Source: a virus (Duplodnaviria > Caudoviricetes). From it: a stretch of 64,000 nt of DNA. Below, one piece after another: positions 29,380 to 37,676 of the stretch. Position 1 is the stretch's first letter; each line of letters begins with the position of its first letter. The notes beneath the pieces were generated by a model. It saw only the letters and a list, made by a program, of their open reading frames with translations. It was not told the origin of the DNA and made no database searches. The stretch covers positions 137,265-201,264 of the IMG/VR virus record IMGVR_UViG_3300028374_000002; one strand, written 5' to 3'. The position numbers and the translations under genes are program-made.

Positions 29380-32300
29380 TTACCTGCGTCTTCCATATCC
29401 ACTACTTGACTTATATTTACTCTGACCATATCCACCACCAGTTCTAGAACCAAGTGTTTTTTTCTTCACATCTAAAAAGTGTGTGTAATCATTACTTTCT
29501 ATATAATCAGATTTCTTCATACACTCATTTATGTAATCAACTATTTCCTTATCAACATGTTTGTTCATCCATTCGTGTATCATCTCTGTAAACTCGTTCT
29601 TTTCGAATATAGATGTAGCATTTACAATAGTCATGACACAATTATGTACAACTATCCCATTTGCTACATAACTATTATCATCCTCTACTTCTAAATTATA
29701 AGTTGTTCCAGTATAATTATACTTTTCATTTCTTTGTAGTACTGACGAATATTCAAAATCAGAAATCTTTCTCATACATGACCTTTCTAAACTATCTTCA
29801 TAAATAGATACCCAATATTGGCTTTTCGTAGGCTTACCATATCTATGTCTTTTATTATAGGATATTACTGCATGTTTGTCTAATGATATAGATATATCTC
29901 TCATAGTCAATGCTAGTTGAAAACTAGTTGAACATCCTATGTAATGTTTAGTCTTACCAGGTGTTTCACAGAGCCAACCATCTCCCTTTATCCAATAATC
30001 TAGGACTAGGGACATTTTCTCTTTATCTAGTTTGTTATAGAGCATTTCGGGGAATATTTTCTCTTTATCTTCATCATAGCATTTAGAAAATATTTCCCAT
30101 AAGAATCTATTATAAAATATCACAGTAGTGCAATTATTTCTATTCTGTACATGATATTTTAAATTCCAGTTATTTATTATATCCTTCATTTCATCAATAA
30201 GAGTTAAATCTTTATCATTAAAGGCTAAAGTTATTCGGTAAGTATTATGAGATGGTTTATAACTGTTACCATCTGCTAAGAATAAGCCTAAAAACTTAGC
30301 AAAATTATTATCTAGTTCTATTTCCTTTATTTTAAAATTAGATGACGGAGAATATTTATTCCTTTCAAATAATTCTTGATATTTGATATTATTAACATCA
30401 CCAGTATATAGAGGTGATTTTATAACAACACACCTAGATTTATTAGAAATGTCACTTGGTAAAATCCACTCTCGCTTAAGATAATTATTATAATTCTTTC
30501 TATTTTTCTTTGAGTAGTCATTTTTTGGAACATATATAGGATGGTTATATGTTATATCTAAGCTAGGTTGGCCTCTAAATTTGATTCTGTGCATAACACC
30601 ATCAAAATCTTTTTTACATATATTTGTTACTGGTTTGTAATTTCCTAAATGTGTTAACACCAACTCACCTAATTTGATATCTTTTATTCTTTTATAACCA
30701 TTTATAGTCTTTATAAGAGTGTTTGGCAAAACGCAATCATCGTTTCCATTATCTGCTGCATATTTTATATTACCAGAACTAGTTGTATGTTTTACAAATG
30801 TGGTTATTTCCCTTATGGTGTCTTCATTATTTATTGAGAAAGATTTACTAAGCATTAGAGATTGGTAGTCTTTTATAAGTAAATTTTTTAAACTTGTTAC
30901 TTTAAGTCCTACCTTTTCTTCTGGTGAATCTATTCTGTGCTTATATCTAACAAATACAGAAGAACCATAATCATTAATACCATCAAAAACATGAGGTAGT
31001 TCTGCTAGTAATGTATTTCCATAGTTGTTAAGTTCTAAAACTATTTTAAGGTTATCTGGATTAAAATATTCAAAAGCTAATATATAAAGCAATTCTGACA
31101 TTTGTTTAATAGATATTATATTACTTCGATATATCCCAATTTGTTCTAGTTTGAAAAAATCCTTTATTGATGAATACTTTTCTTTTTGTATATCTATGAC
31201 CTCTCTACTTTTATTACTTATTCTGAATATGTTTATAACAGAAAAATCTTGACCTAATCCCTCTGCAAGGTCAATTGATAAGACTATTTTATATTCTTTT
31301 CTTTTTATAGGGTTGTATATATCATAATCATCAACCCATTTTAAATTTTCATAGGAAAAATTTAGCTTATCTTCAAATTCATATATCTCCTCCCACTCAT
31401 AAAGAATTTTATTATTCAATAAATGGTCTATAATATTTTCACTTAGTAAAGATTTACTAGCATTTACAAATCTAAGACCGTATTCTTGGTTAAAAGCATC
31501 TTCTCCACCAATATCTTTTATTGCCTCATCCTTCCATGTAGTAAGTTCTGCTAACTCTAGTATAGATATCTCTTTACCATCGGGTGTTTTTATATTAAAT
31601 CCAACAACATCCTCATCATGACAATAATCATTATTATAAACCTCGATTACATATTTTTGTAAATCAACACTCCAACTCATTTCGACCTTAGTATCAGCAC
31701 CCCATTTATTATGTACTTGATTAAGAATATCATCCTTTTCTATTTTGTTTTCGTATAATTTATGATCATTAAGCCTTATATATGTAACAAACCTACCAGG
31801 GACTTGATACCAGTAAACCCTCATAGGGGTGTAGTTGTTTCTTTGTGGGTCACCAGCTGGTCGTTCTGCATTAGTAAGTAATTTATGAAATAAATTCATA
31901 CCATTTGGTGTAGATGTGATTATTATTTTAGAGTTTTTTATTGCAGATACTGTTGGAAAAACCGCAGTATAATATGGTTCTATTATGTTTGAAGGAATAT
32001 GTGCAAATTCATCTAAATAAAGAACATCAATAGTAAAACCAATAGCTGGAGTCTTTGTCCTAGCAGAGGTCTTAATACGACAACCATTGTCAAATGTTAG
32101 TGATTTTTGATTCCATGTTTTTATACCAGGTTTTAAAAAAAATGGTAGTAATGAATAAATGGATTTTATCTTGTCAACAATCTCAACTGATGTATCTCCC
32201 TTGTTAGCTACAATCATAATGTTTTTATCATTATTGAATAGTATTGTATGGAGCATAAATATAGAAGCAGATATAGTATTATGTGAAAGTATCCCATTCG

Positions 32301-32727
32301 TGTAGAACCTATGATTCTGATGGTCTACCGATAAATCAAACATAGATGATTTATAATCTTCCCTTTTTATATGCTTCACAATACTATTGCCATTTTTGGT
32401 CTTTATAGTATCGCCTATTTTTAATTCTTTACAGAATACTTCATCAAAATATTCATCAAATAATATATGATTATCTGCACAAGTTAAGCTAAGACCGTCA
32501 ATAGTTTTGATATTATAATGATTAAATGGTTGTGTTAAATGTATCTCTGATACTGCCTCATATCCAGTATCAGTCTTTACTCTAATATCTATTAAAGATA
32601 TAGATTTTAATATTTTTTTAGAAATATCATCCTCATCCAATGATACATTTCTATATTGGTATTTTTCTATCAACTCAATAGATTTTTCTATCAACTCAAT
32701 CAATATTTTTTTAAGAAGTGTAATCAT
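29380..32727 (-). CDS. terL: Terminase large subunit, C-terminal part: split-intein C-fragment + ATPase/nuclease + contiguous LAGLIDADG intein
   Basis: After GILSHN|T: NIMIVANKG, KTWNQKSLTFDNG, LYLDEFAHI, IIITSTPNGMN, SIDLAEGLGQDFS, GNDD...VMT, as in gp17. Confidence 0.88.
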   Translation of the reverse strand: MITLLKKILIELIEKSIELIEKYQYRNVSLDEDDISKKILKSISLIDIRVKTDTGYEAVSEIHLTQPFNHYNIKTIDGLSLTCADNHILFDEYFDEVFCKELKIGDTIKTKNGNSIVKHIKREDYKSSMFDLSVDHQNHRFYTNGILSHNTISASIFMLHTILFNNDKNIMIVANKGDTSVEIVDKIKSIYSLLPFFLKPGIKTWNQKSLTFDNGCRIKTSARTKTPAIGFTIDVLYLDEFAHIPSNIIEPYYTAVFPTVSAIKNSKIIITSTPNGMNLFHKLLTNAERPAGDPQRNNYTPMRVYWYQVPGRFVTYIRLNDHKLYENKIEKDDILNQVHNKWGADTKVEMSWSVDLQKYVIEVYNNDYCHDEDVVGFNIKTPDGKEISILELAELTTWKDEAIKDIGGEDAFNQEYGLRFVNASKSLLSENIIDHLLNNKILYEWEEIYEFEDKLNFSYENLKWVDDYDIYNPIKRKEYKIVLSIDLAEGLGQDFSVINIFRISNKSREVIDIQKEKYSSIKDFFKLEQIGIYRSNIISIKQMSELLYILAFEYFNPDNLKIVLELNNYGNTLLAELPHVFDGINDYGSSVFVRYKHRIDSPEEKVGLKVTSLKNLLIKDYQSLMLSKSFSINNEDTIREITTFVKHTTSSGNIKYAADNGNDDCVLPNTLIKTINGYKRIKDIKLGELVLTHLGNYKPVTNICKKDFDGVMHRIKFRGQPSLDITYNHPIYVPKNDYSKKNRKNYNNYLKREWILPSDISNKSRCVVIKSPLYTGDVNNIKYQELFERNKYSPSSNFKIKEIELDNNFAKFLGLFLADGNSYKPSHNTYRITLAFNDKDLTLIDEMKDIINNWNLKYHVQNRNNCTTVIFYNRFLWEIFSKCYDEDKEKIFPEMLYNKLDKEKMSLVLDYWIKGDGWLCETPGKTKHYIGCSTSFQLALTMRDISISLDKHAVISYNKRHRYGKPTKSQYWVSIYEDSLERSCMRKISDFEYSSVLQRNEKYNYTGTTYNLEVEDDNSYVANGIVVHNCVMTIVNATSIFEKNEFTEMIHEWMNKHVDKEIVDYINECMKKSDYIESNDYTHFLDVKKKTLGSRTGGGYGQSKYKSSSGYGRRR
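29641..30735 (-). mobile_element. Contiguous intein (365 aa) with LAGLIDADG endonuclease in the TerL nuclease domain
   Basis: GNDD|CVLPNT...ITYNHP...FLGLFLADG...LDYWIKGDG...TYNLEVED...GIVVHN|CVMT. Confidence 0.9.
32278..32727 (-). mobile_element. Split intein C-fragment (150 aa)
   Basis: Block B LTCADNH, block F MFDLSV, block G GILSHN followed by Thr(+1). Confidence 0.85.
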
Positions 32728-32745
32728 TTTTTTTATTATTTTTAT

Positions 32746-33741
32746 CTATACATTATTTAAAAAATCTATACATTTTTTAATAGTTAAATCTTTTTTGCTT
32801 TTATATTCAGTATCCCATATTATTAGAATATCAAATCCTTTTGATTTAGCAATATTTATTTTTAAATTATCTTTATCCCATATTTCCCTTGCAGTAGGTC
32901 CACTTTCTTTATAGAAAGGATGTGGGTAATCGTTCTCTTTGAAAGTTTTAGGATTTGCATGGTATAAATCACCATTGTATTCGATAATTTTCATTCTTTT
33001 TCTATCAGTGAAATCATATGAGAAAAATCCTACATCTTTAACTGATATAAAGAACTCTTTATTTTTTATTGCATAGTGTACACGTTTTAGTTCATTATCT
33101 GTATAAATCTTACTTATCTTTTTAAATAGGTCTTGTGATATTTCAGAATAGCCACATTTCATATTACCATTTTCTGCCAAATTTTTCTGCCAAAGTGTTT
33201 GTCTATCTAGCCATCTTTTCTTACCACCAACATCACCATATTTTTCTACACATTTTTTTAGAGAAAATGTACTTTGTCTTTCACTAAGCATCTTTTTAGA
33301 TGTTTCCTCATCATAACCTTTCAGTAAATAGTATTCTAAAGTAGTATCTGATATTCTATCCTTAATAGCTTCCTTTGCAAAAATACTTATATGCTTCTCT
33401 ATATTCTCTATACCTTCATATTTTGAAAAGTTCTTTGAAAATGGACTTCTCGATTTTCTTTCTAATTCAGTTGTATTTTCTTTGTGATTAGGATTTTTTC
33501 TGCCTCTTATTTTATCTGCAAACATTTTTTTATACTTTTCTGTCTTCATATGCTTACCACTTTTAATTGTTGTCTTAGCCTTATCTGATAATGCCATTAT
33601 AGGAGCACCTTCGTACAATTCTTTATATTCTTTAGTAGTCATATTATTATGTGCAAATTTTAAATGTTTACCATATATTCTTTTACATTGCTCACCACAT
33701 ATTCTACATGTTACAGTTTCTTTATTATCATTTATTATCAT
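32746..33741 (-). CDS. Free-standing putative homing endonuclease between the two TerL halves
   Basis: N-terminal CRIC..HL..AH Zn finger; C-terminal SYDFTD...IIEYNGDLYHAN...WDKD..K...A..KGF...IIWDTE (Vsr/PD-(D/E)XK-like). Confidence 0.68.
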   Translation of the reverse strand: MIINDNKETVTCRICGEQCKRIYGKHLKFAHNNMTTKEYKELYEGAPIMALSDKAKTTIKSGKHMKTEKYKKMFADKIRGRKNPNHKENTTELERKSRSPFSKNFSKYEGIENIEKHISIFAKEAIKDRISDTTLEYYLLKGYDEETSKKMLSERQSTFSLKKCVEKYGDVGGKKRWLDRQTLWQKNLAENGNMKCGYSEISQDLFKKISKIYTDNELKRVHYAIKNKEFFISVKDVGFFSYDFTDRKRMKIIEYNGDLYHANPKTFKENDYPHPFYKESGPTAREIWDKDNLKINIAKSKGFDILIIWDTEYKSKKDLTIKKCIDFLNNV

Positions 33742-33811
33742 AATTTATTCTGTTTTATTATTAAATGCTTTTATATATAAAAAGATGTTGGCTTGTTATC
33801 AAATAGGTAAA

Positions 33812-34327
33812 TTATTTTTCTAGCAAAAATAAAATATCATATAGTTTAATTTTTATTTTTTCTAATAATGTTAGTGATCTTTCTTGCTTAAGCATGTAGT
33901 AATATAGTTTACCAATTCTATATTCTTTTCTAATTTCCTTGCTCTTAATTTCGCATAAAGTGTTGAAGGTCAAGCACTTACCCACCTGCCTACTAGCCAT
34001 TAATATATTGAATCGATTATCAACAAAATTATCTAATATGTCAGCTTGATAGTCTCTAAGTGTTATTGCTCCAATAGAACCATCTTCTCTTTTCACCTTA
34101 CAGTATTTTTCGGTAAAATGGTGTATATCTAGTGCACATTTAATGTATTCTCCTTGCTCGGCACTTGTCATCTTAAATGTAAGACCTGATCTTCTTAACC
34201 CTATTTCATTTTTAAGCCATGGGTTTTGAAACCTTTTTAGTACTATACCATCATTTATCTTATCAGTAGCCTCGGTAACGTTCTCACTACTAAATACCAT
34301 TTGTCTTTCTTTCTTAATCTTTGCCAT
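33812..34327 (-). CDS. terL: Terminase large subunit, N-terminal part + split-intein N-fragment
   Basis: YIKCALDIHHFTEKYCKV, LRDYQ..IL, FNILMASRQVGK (Walker A), then CLTFNT intein block A. Confidence 0.88.
   Translation of the reverse strand: MAKIKKERQMVFSSENVTEATDKINDGIVLKRFQNPWLKNEIGLRRSGLTFKMTSAEQGEYIKCALDIHHFTEKYCKVKREDGSIGAITLRDYQADILDNFVDNRFNILMASRQVGKCLTFNTLCEIKSKEIRKEYRIGKLYYYMLKQERSLTLLEKIKIKLYDILFLLEK
33815..33976 (-). mobile_element. Split intein N-fragment (54 aa)
   Basis: Cys1 directly after RQVGK; ORF stops 54 aa later without block B. Confidence 0.82.
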
Positions 34328-34369
34328 AAGCGACTTATTTTTTTATATATATTATAAAAAAACAGCTCT

Positions 34370-35020
34370 ATGTCTAAAACAGATAAAGAAAAAAGTAGGA
34401 TACAAGACGAATTTGATCAAATACAAGGGGAGAATAATGATTTTGATATATCAAAACATTTGGCAGAAGCAGAAGATTTACCAGACCTTGGTGAGATAAG
34501 CTTGTATGATTATGATGCAGATTTAAGCACATCATCACAGCAATCAGTGGAGGTTTTAAGTTCACTTATAGACTTATACCTAAGTGATGTTCCAAAACTA
34601 AAACAACATCCTTATATAAAAAATAAGATGAAGGAAGATGCTATGGTATATTCAGAGGCTATATTCTTGGCTAAAATGACTAGAAAAAACTTCCTTAACC
34701 AACTACGCCAAATTGATAATGGGGAAAGCTCAGCTAGAATGCACGAAGTTGTTAACCAGACTATTGTGCAGGTTAGGGAAAACTCTAAATTTCTATCCAC
34801 ACAAAGAACTGACTTAGAAAAGTTCTATAAGAATCTAAGAACAGATATGGGATTAGACGATATTGAAAATTCAGAGGTTTTAGAGTCACAATCTGATAAA
34901 GCGAAAGATTCACAAGATGATGGTGATATTGTTGATAATAGAAAACTAAATGACCTTATAAAAGGAGCAATGATGAAAGAGAGTAATAATAAAAAAGAAA
35001 GTAAGGGTAAAAAGAAGTAA
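34370..35020 (+). CDS. Probable terminase small subunit (gp16-like)
   Basis: Helical; ESSARMHEVVNQTI resembles the gp16 SPRAYEV motif; divergent from TerL. Confidence 0.55.
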   Translation: MSKTDKEKSRIQDEFDQIQGENNDFDISKHLAEAEDLPDLGEISLYDYDADLSTSSQQSVEVLSSLIDLYLSDVPKLKQHPYIKNKMKEDAMVYSEAIFLAKMTRKNFLNQLRQIDNGESSARMHEVVNQTIVQVRENSKFLSTQRTDLEKFYKNLRTDMGLDDIENSEVLESQSDKAKDSQDDGDIVDNRKLNDLIKGAMMKESNNKKESKGKKK

Positions 35021-35872
35021 TTATATTTTTAAGTACTTAAATGTTTCAAAAGTTTTCACTAAATTATTAGCATGTATTAGAATATCTTTTTGTTTAAAGA
35101 TGTTTCTTTGGTTATATGTTACCTCCCTAACCATAACGTATTTATCTACTCTATTCGTAATGTCATGGATATTATTTTTTATACCATCGCTAGTATTACT
35201 CATTATTGTGGTAAACACATCGTTTATATTAATAGCCAAATCAATAGATTTTTTATTTTCATCATAAAAGTGGACTGTGTTATAATTCTCAACAACTGTA
35301 TCTGTAAATTTGTCACCATCAGTTTTATAACCGAACAAATGTTGTAATAAGAGTCTTGTTTTTAGATATGAGATATAATCTTTATCTCTATTATAGAATG
35401 TTTCTGATAGAAAGTAATAATCTTTTACTACTAGATTCATATCACCCAATTCCTTCTCTAAGCTATCTATAATCGTTTTGTAGCTACTTTTACTTTTTTT
35501 AGAACATATTATGTATATATCATCGTTTTTGTTTCTAAGGTGCTGAAAATGCTTCTTATAGATAGTGTAGTCTAAATTTTCTATAATACTTGTATTCATA
35601 AATTCTTGTAAGGAGAATGATAGGTCAGTTATGTTGAACTTCATACTTTTACTCTTAATCTTTAGTGTGTTGTAAAGGTTTTCTGGTAGCCAATATCCAA
35701 CATCATCAATATTAAGCATAGAATTATATTTCTTATAGATACCTTTTTTTATTAAATTGAATTCTGATTCAGTTAATTTAATGATGGGTATCGAAGGTTT
35801 ATTCTTAGAGACTAACCATACTGAATTATCTATCTTAATAAGTGTATCAATGTCAAAAAAATGTGCCTTCAT
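35021..35872 (-). CDS. Hypothetical protein, HAD-like fold
   Basis: AHFFDIDTLI at N-terminus, HFYDEN near C-terminus. Confidence 0.5.
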   Translation of the reverse strand: MKAHFFDIDTLIKIDNSVWLVSKNKPSIPIIKLTESEFNLIKKGIYKKYNSMLNIDDVGYWLPENLYNTLKIKSKSMKFNITDLSFSLQEFMNTSIIENLDYTIYKKHFQHLRNKNDDIYIICSKKSKSSYKTIIDSLEKELGDMNLVVKDYYFLSETFYNRDKDYISYLKTRLLLQHLFGYKTDGDKFTDTVVENYNTVHFYDENKKSIDLAININDVFTTIMSNTSDGIKNNIHDITNRVDKYVMVREVTYNQRNIFKQKDILIHANNLVKTFETFKYLKI

Positions 35873-35873
35873 A

Positions 35874-36125
35874 TTATTTGCTATATTTATTAGTTTCAGT
35901 ATACCTTATTTCCTCTTGTCCACCACCCTTTGGTTCATCTTCATATTCTCTATCTTCCCATGTTACTCCACCACTTGTTTGTGAGTTAAAGCTTTTGCAT
36001 TTACTACATTCCTTTGGAAATACACTTTTTCCATCTTTTTCTATTGCTTTATCAATATCATAGTAAAAGGGAGCTTTGCACCAAGGATTATTACACACTA
36101 ATCTTTTTTTATTTTCTCTATCCAT
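35874..36125 (-). CDS. Small Zn-ribbon protein
   Basis: CNNPWC...ECSKC; after TTAATATATA at 36130-36139. Confidence 0.65.
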   Translation of the reverse strand: MDRENKKRLVCNNPWCKAPFYYDIDKAIEKDGKSVFPKECSKCKSFNSQTSGGVTWEDREYEDEPKGGGQEEIRYTETNKYSK

Positions 36126-36280
36126 AATCTATATATTAATTAAAAAACATGCAAGATCATGACTATATAGATATTATAATATAAATTTTGTACTTGTATA
36201 GAATTTTAGTTAAAATAAATCCTTTTTACTTACAAAAACATGCAACATCATGATATATAAATATATTTAATATAAAATTT

Positions 36281-36736
36281 TCATTTTATTAGACTTTCGC
36301 TTAGTGCAAATTCATATATGTTAAGTAAATTTAGCTCATATTCAAATATAGATTTTACATCTGCTAATGTCTTTGAATTCTCTACTGCTTCAACTATCAT
36401 AGTTCCAAACTTTTCTTGAAAATGTATATATGATTCACACCACGGCTTATTGTAGTTTACAAGTGTATCCCACTCTTTTTGACCACCTGATAACCAGTAC
36501 AAACTTTTTTCTGGGATTACTGAATATTTCTTAAAATCGTCCAATCTAGTTTTCCATATACTATCTGTTGAATCGACCCTTTTCATTAATATCGATACTG
36601 CTTCTGCTACATCATCTGTTATTTGTTCACCAATTTCAAAGAAATAACCACATTCTGTTTTATAAATAGATACTATATTATCATTAAAAACTATATCTGA
36701 TAAATTCATCTTAACCAAAGTTTTTCTTTTTTTCAT
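36281..36736 (-). CDS. Hypothetical protein
   Basis: 151-aa ORF in an operon with neighbours. Confidence 0.65.
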   Translation of the reverse strand: MKKRKTLVKMNLSDIVFNDNIVSIYKTECGYFFEIGEQITDDVAEAVSILMKRVDSTDSIWKTRLDDFKKYSVIPEKSLYWLSGGQKEWDTLVNYNKPWCESYIHFQEKFGTMIVEAVENSKTLADVKSIFEYELNLLNIYEFALSESLIK

Positions 36737-36760
36737 AGCTATCTATTATTTTTTATACTC

Positions 36761-37045
36761 TTATATTCTTAATCCACTGTTCCACTTACCACTAAAAAGC
36801 CCATCTTCAAAAATTCCATTTAACCAATTACCATAAAATTCACCCCCTTTAAATACACCATAATACCAATTACCACTTAGGTAAACACCATCATGCCATA
36901 TTAGAGTATTCTTTCTTATTTCTATAACTGCGTTGGAAATTTCGGAGTCTATTAACCAATAGAATTCCTCTTCTTTAAGTATCTCTACTATCGTATCAAT
37001 ATCTTTATAGGCTTTATCTTTGTAAGTAATCTGTTTAAACTTCAT
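36761..37045 (-). CDS. Hypothetical protein with Gly/aromatic short repeats (W/F-x-x-G)
   Basis: WHDGVYLSGNWYYGVFKGGEFYGNWLNGIFEDG. Confidence 0.65.
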   Translation of the reverse strand: MKFKQITYKDKAYKDIDTIVEILKEEEFYWLIDSEISNAVIEIRKNTLIWHDGVYLSGNWYYGVFKGGEFYGNWLNGIFEDGLFSGKWNSGLRI

Positions 37046-37147
37046 TTTGTTATTAATTTACACTTTTATATATTATCATTTTAATATTGCTTTTTATCTA
37101 AAATCTATTTTATGGATAAAAATTAACATATTAAAAAAAATATAATA

Positions 37148-37183
37148 AAAAAAGCCAAAATAATATTATTTTGGCTTTTTTTA
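37148..37183 (-). terminator. Intrinsic terminator (palindromic)
   Basis: aaaaaagccaaaataatattattttggctttttt. Confidence 0.75.
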
Positions 37184-37212
37184 TCACTTTATGTACTAAA
37201 TAACATCAGTAC

Positions 37213-37578
37213 TTATAGGCTTTTGTCTAGAAATTCTTTTTCAATTAATGATATCTTATCTATACCTAATCTTGATATTTTATCAAGAATTTCGTCAGTG
37301 TCAAGACTATCTATTATACCTTCTTCAATATCTTGGAAATTTTCTGGTTGTATAGTTTCCAAAAACATTTCAATATCAATTACTGAAACTTCCTTAGAAG
37401 ATTTTGGATGTGTAAAGGCAACTATTCTGTACTCTTCATCCTTCGTAGTTATCCATACTTTACTAAACCCAGCTTTCTGAGCATTTTTTATACCATCTGG
37501 TGATAAAGCAGGATACTTATCTTGAAGTATTCTGTATTCTTTATCTCTCATCTCTGTTAAATCTATACAAATAATCAT
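37213..37578 (-). CDS. Hypothetical protein
   Basis: ATG at 37578 preferred; tandem TATATTTG promoter elements at 37602-37618; the longer ORF-track start overlaps the opposite-strand gene. Confidence 0.6.
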   Translation of the reverse strand: MIICIDLTEMRDKEYRILQDKYPALSPDGIKNAQKAGFSKVWITTKDEEYRIVAFTHPKSSKEVSVIDIEMFLETIQPENFQDIEEGIIDSLDTDEILDKISRLGIDKISLIEKEFLDKSL

Positions 37579-37676
37579 AATAATAGTTTTAAGGTTTGAT
37601 ACAAATATAACAAATATATTGACATCAAAAAATAAAACAAGTCTTTTATTTTTAATATATATAAAAAAATTCATAT

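Noticed and set aside
32728-33811. Group I intron interrupting terL
   Set aside because: Only 70 and 18 nt of non-coding sequence flank the endonuclease ORF, too little for a ribozyme core; complementary intein blocks on both sides explain the split.
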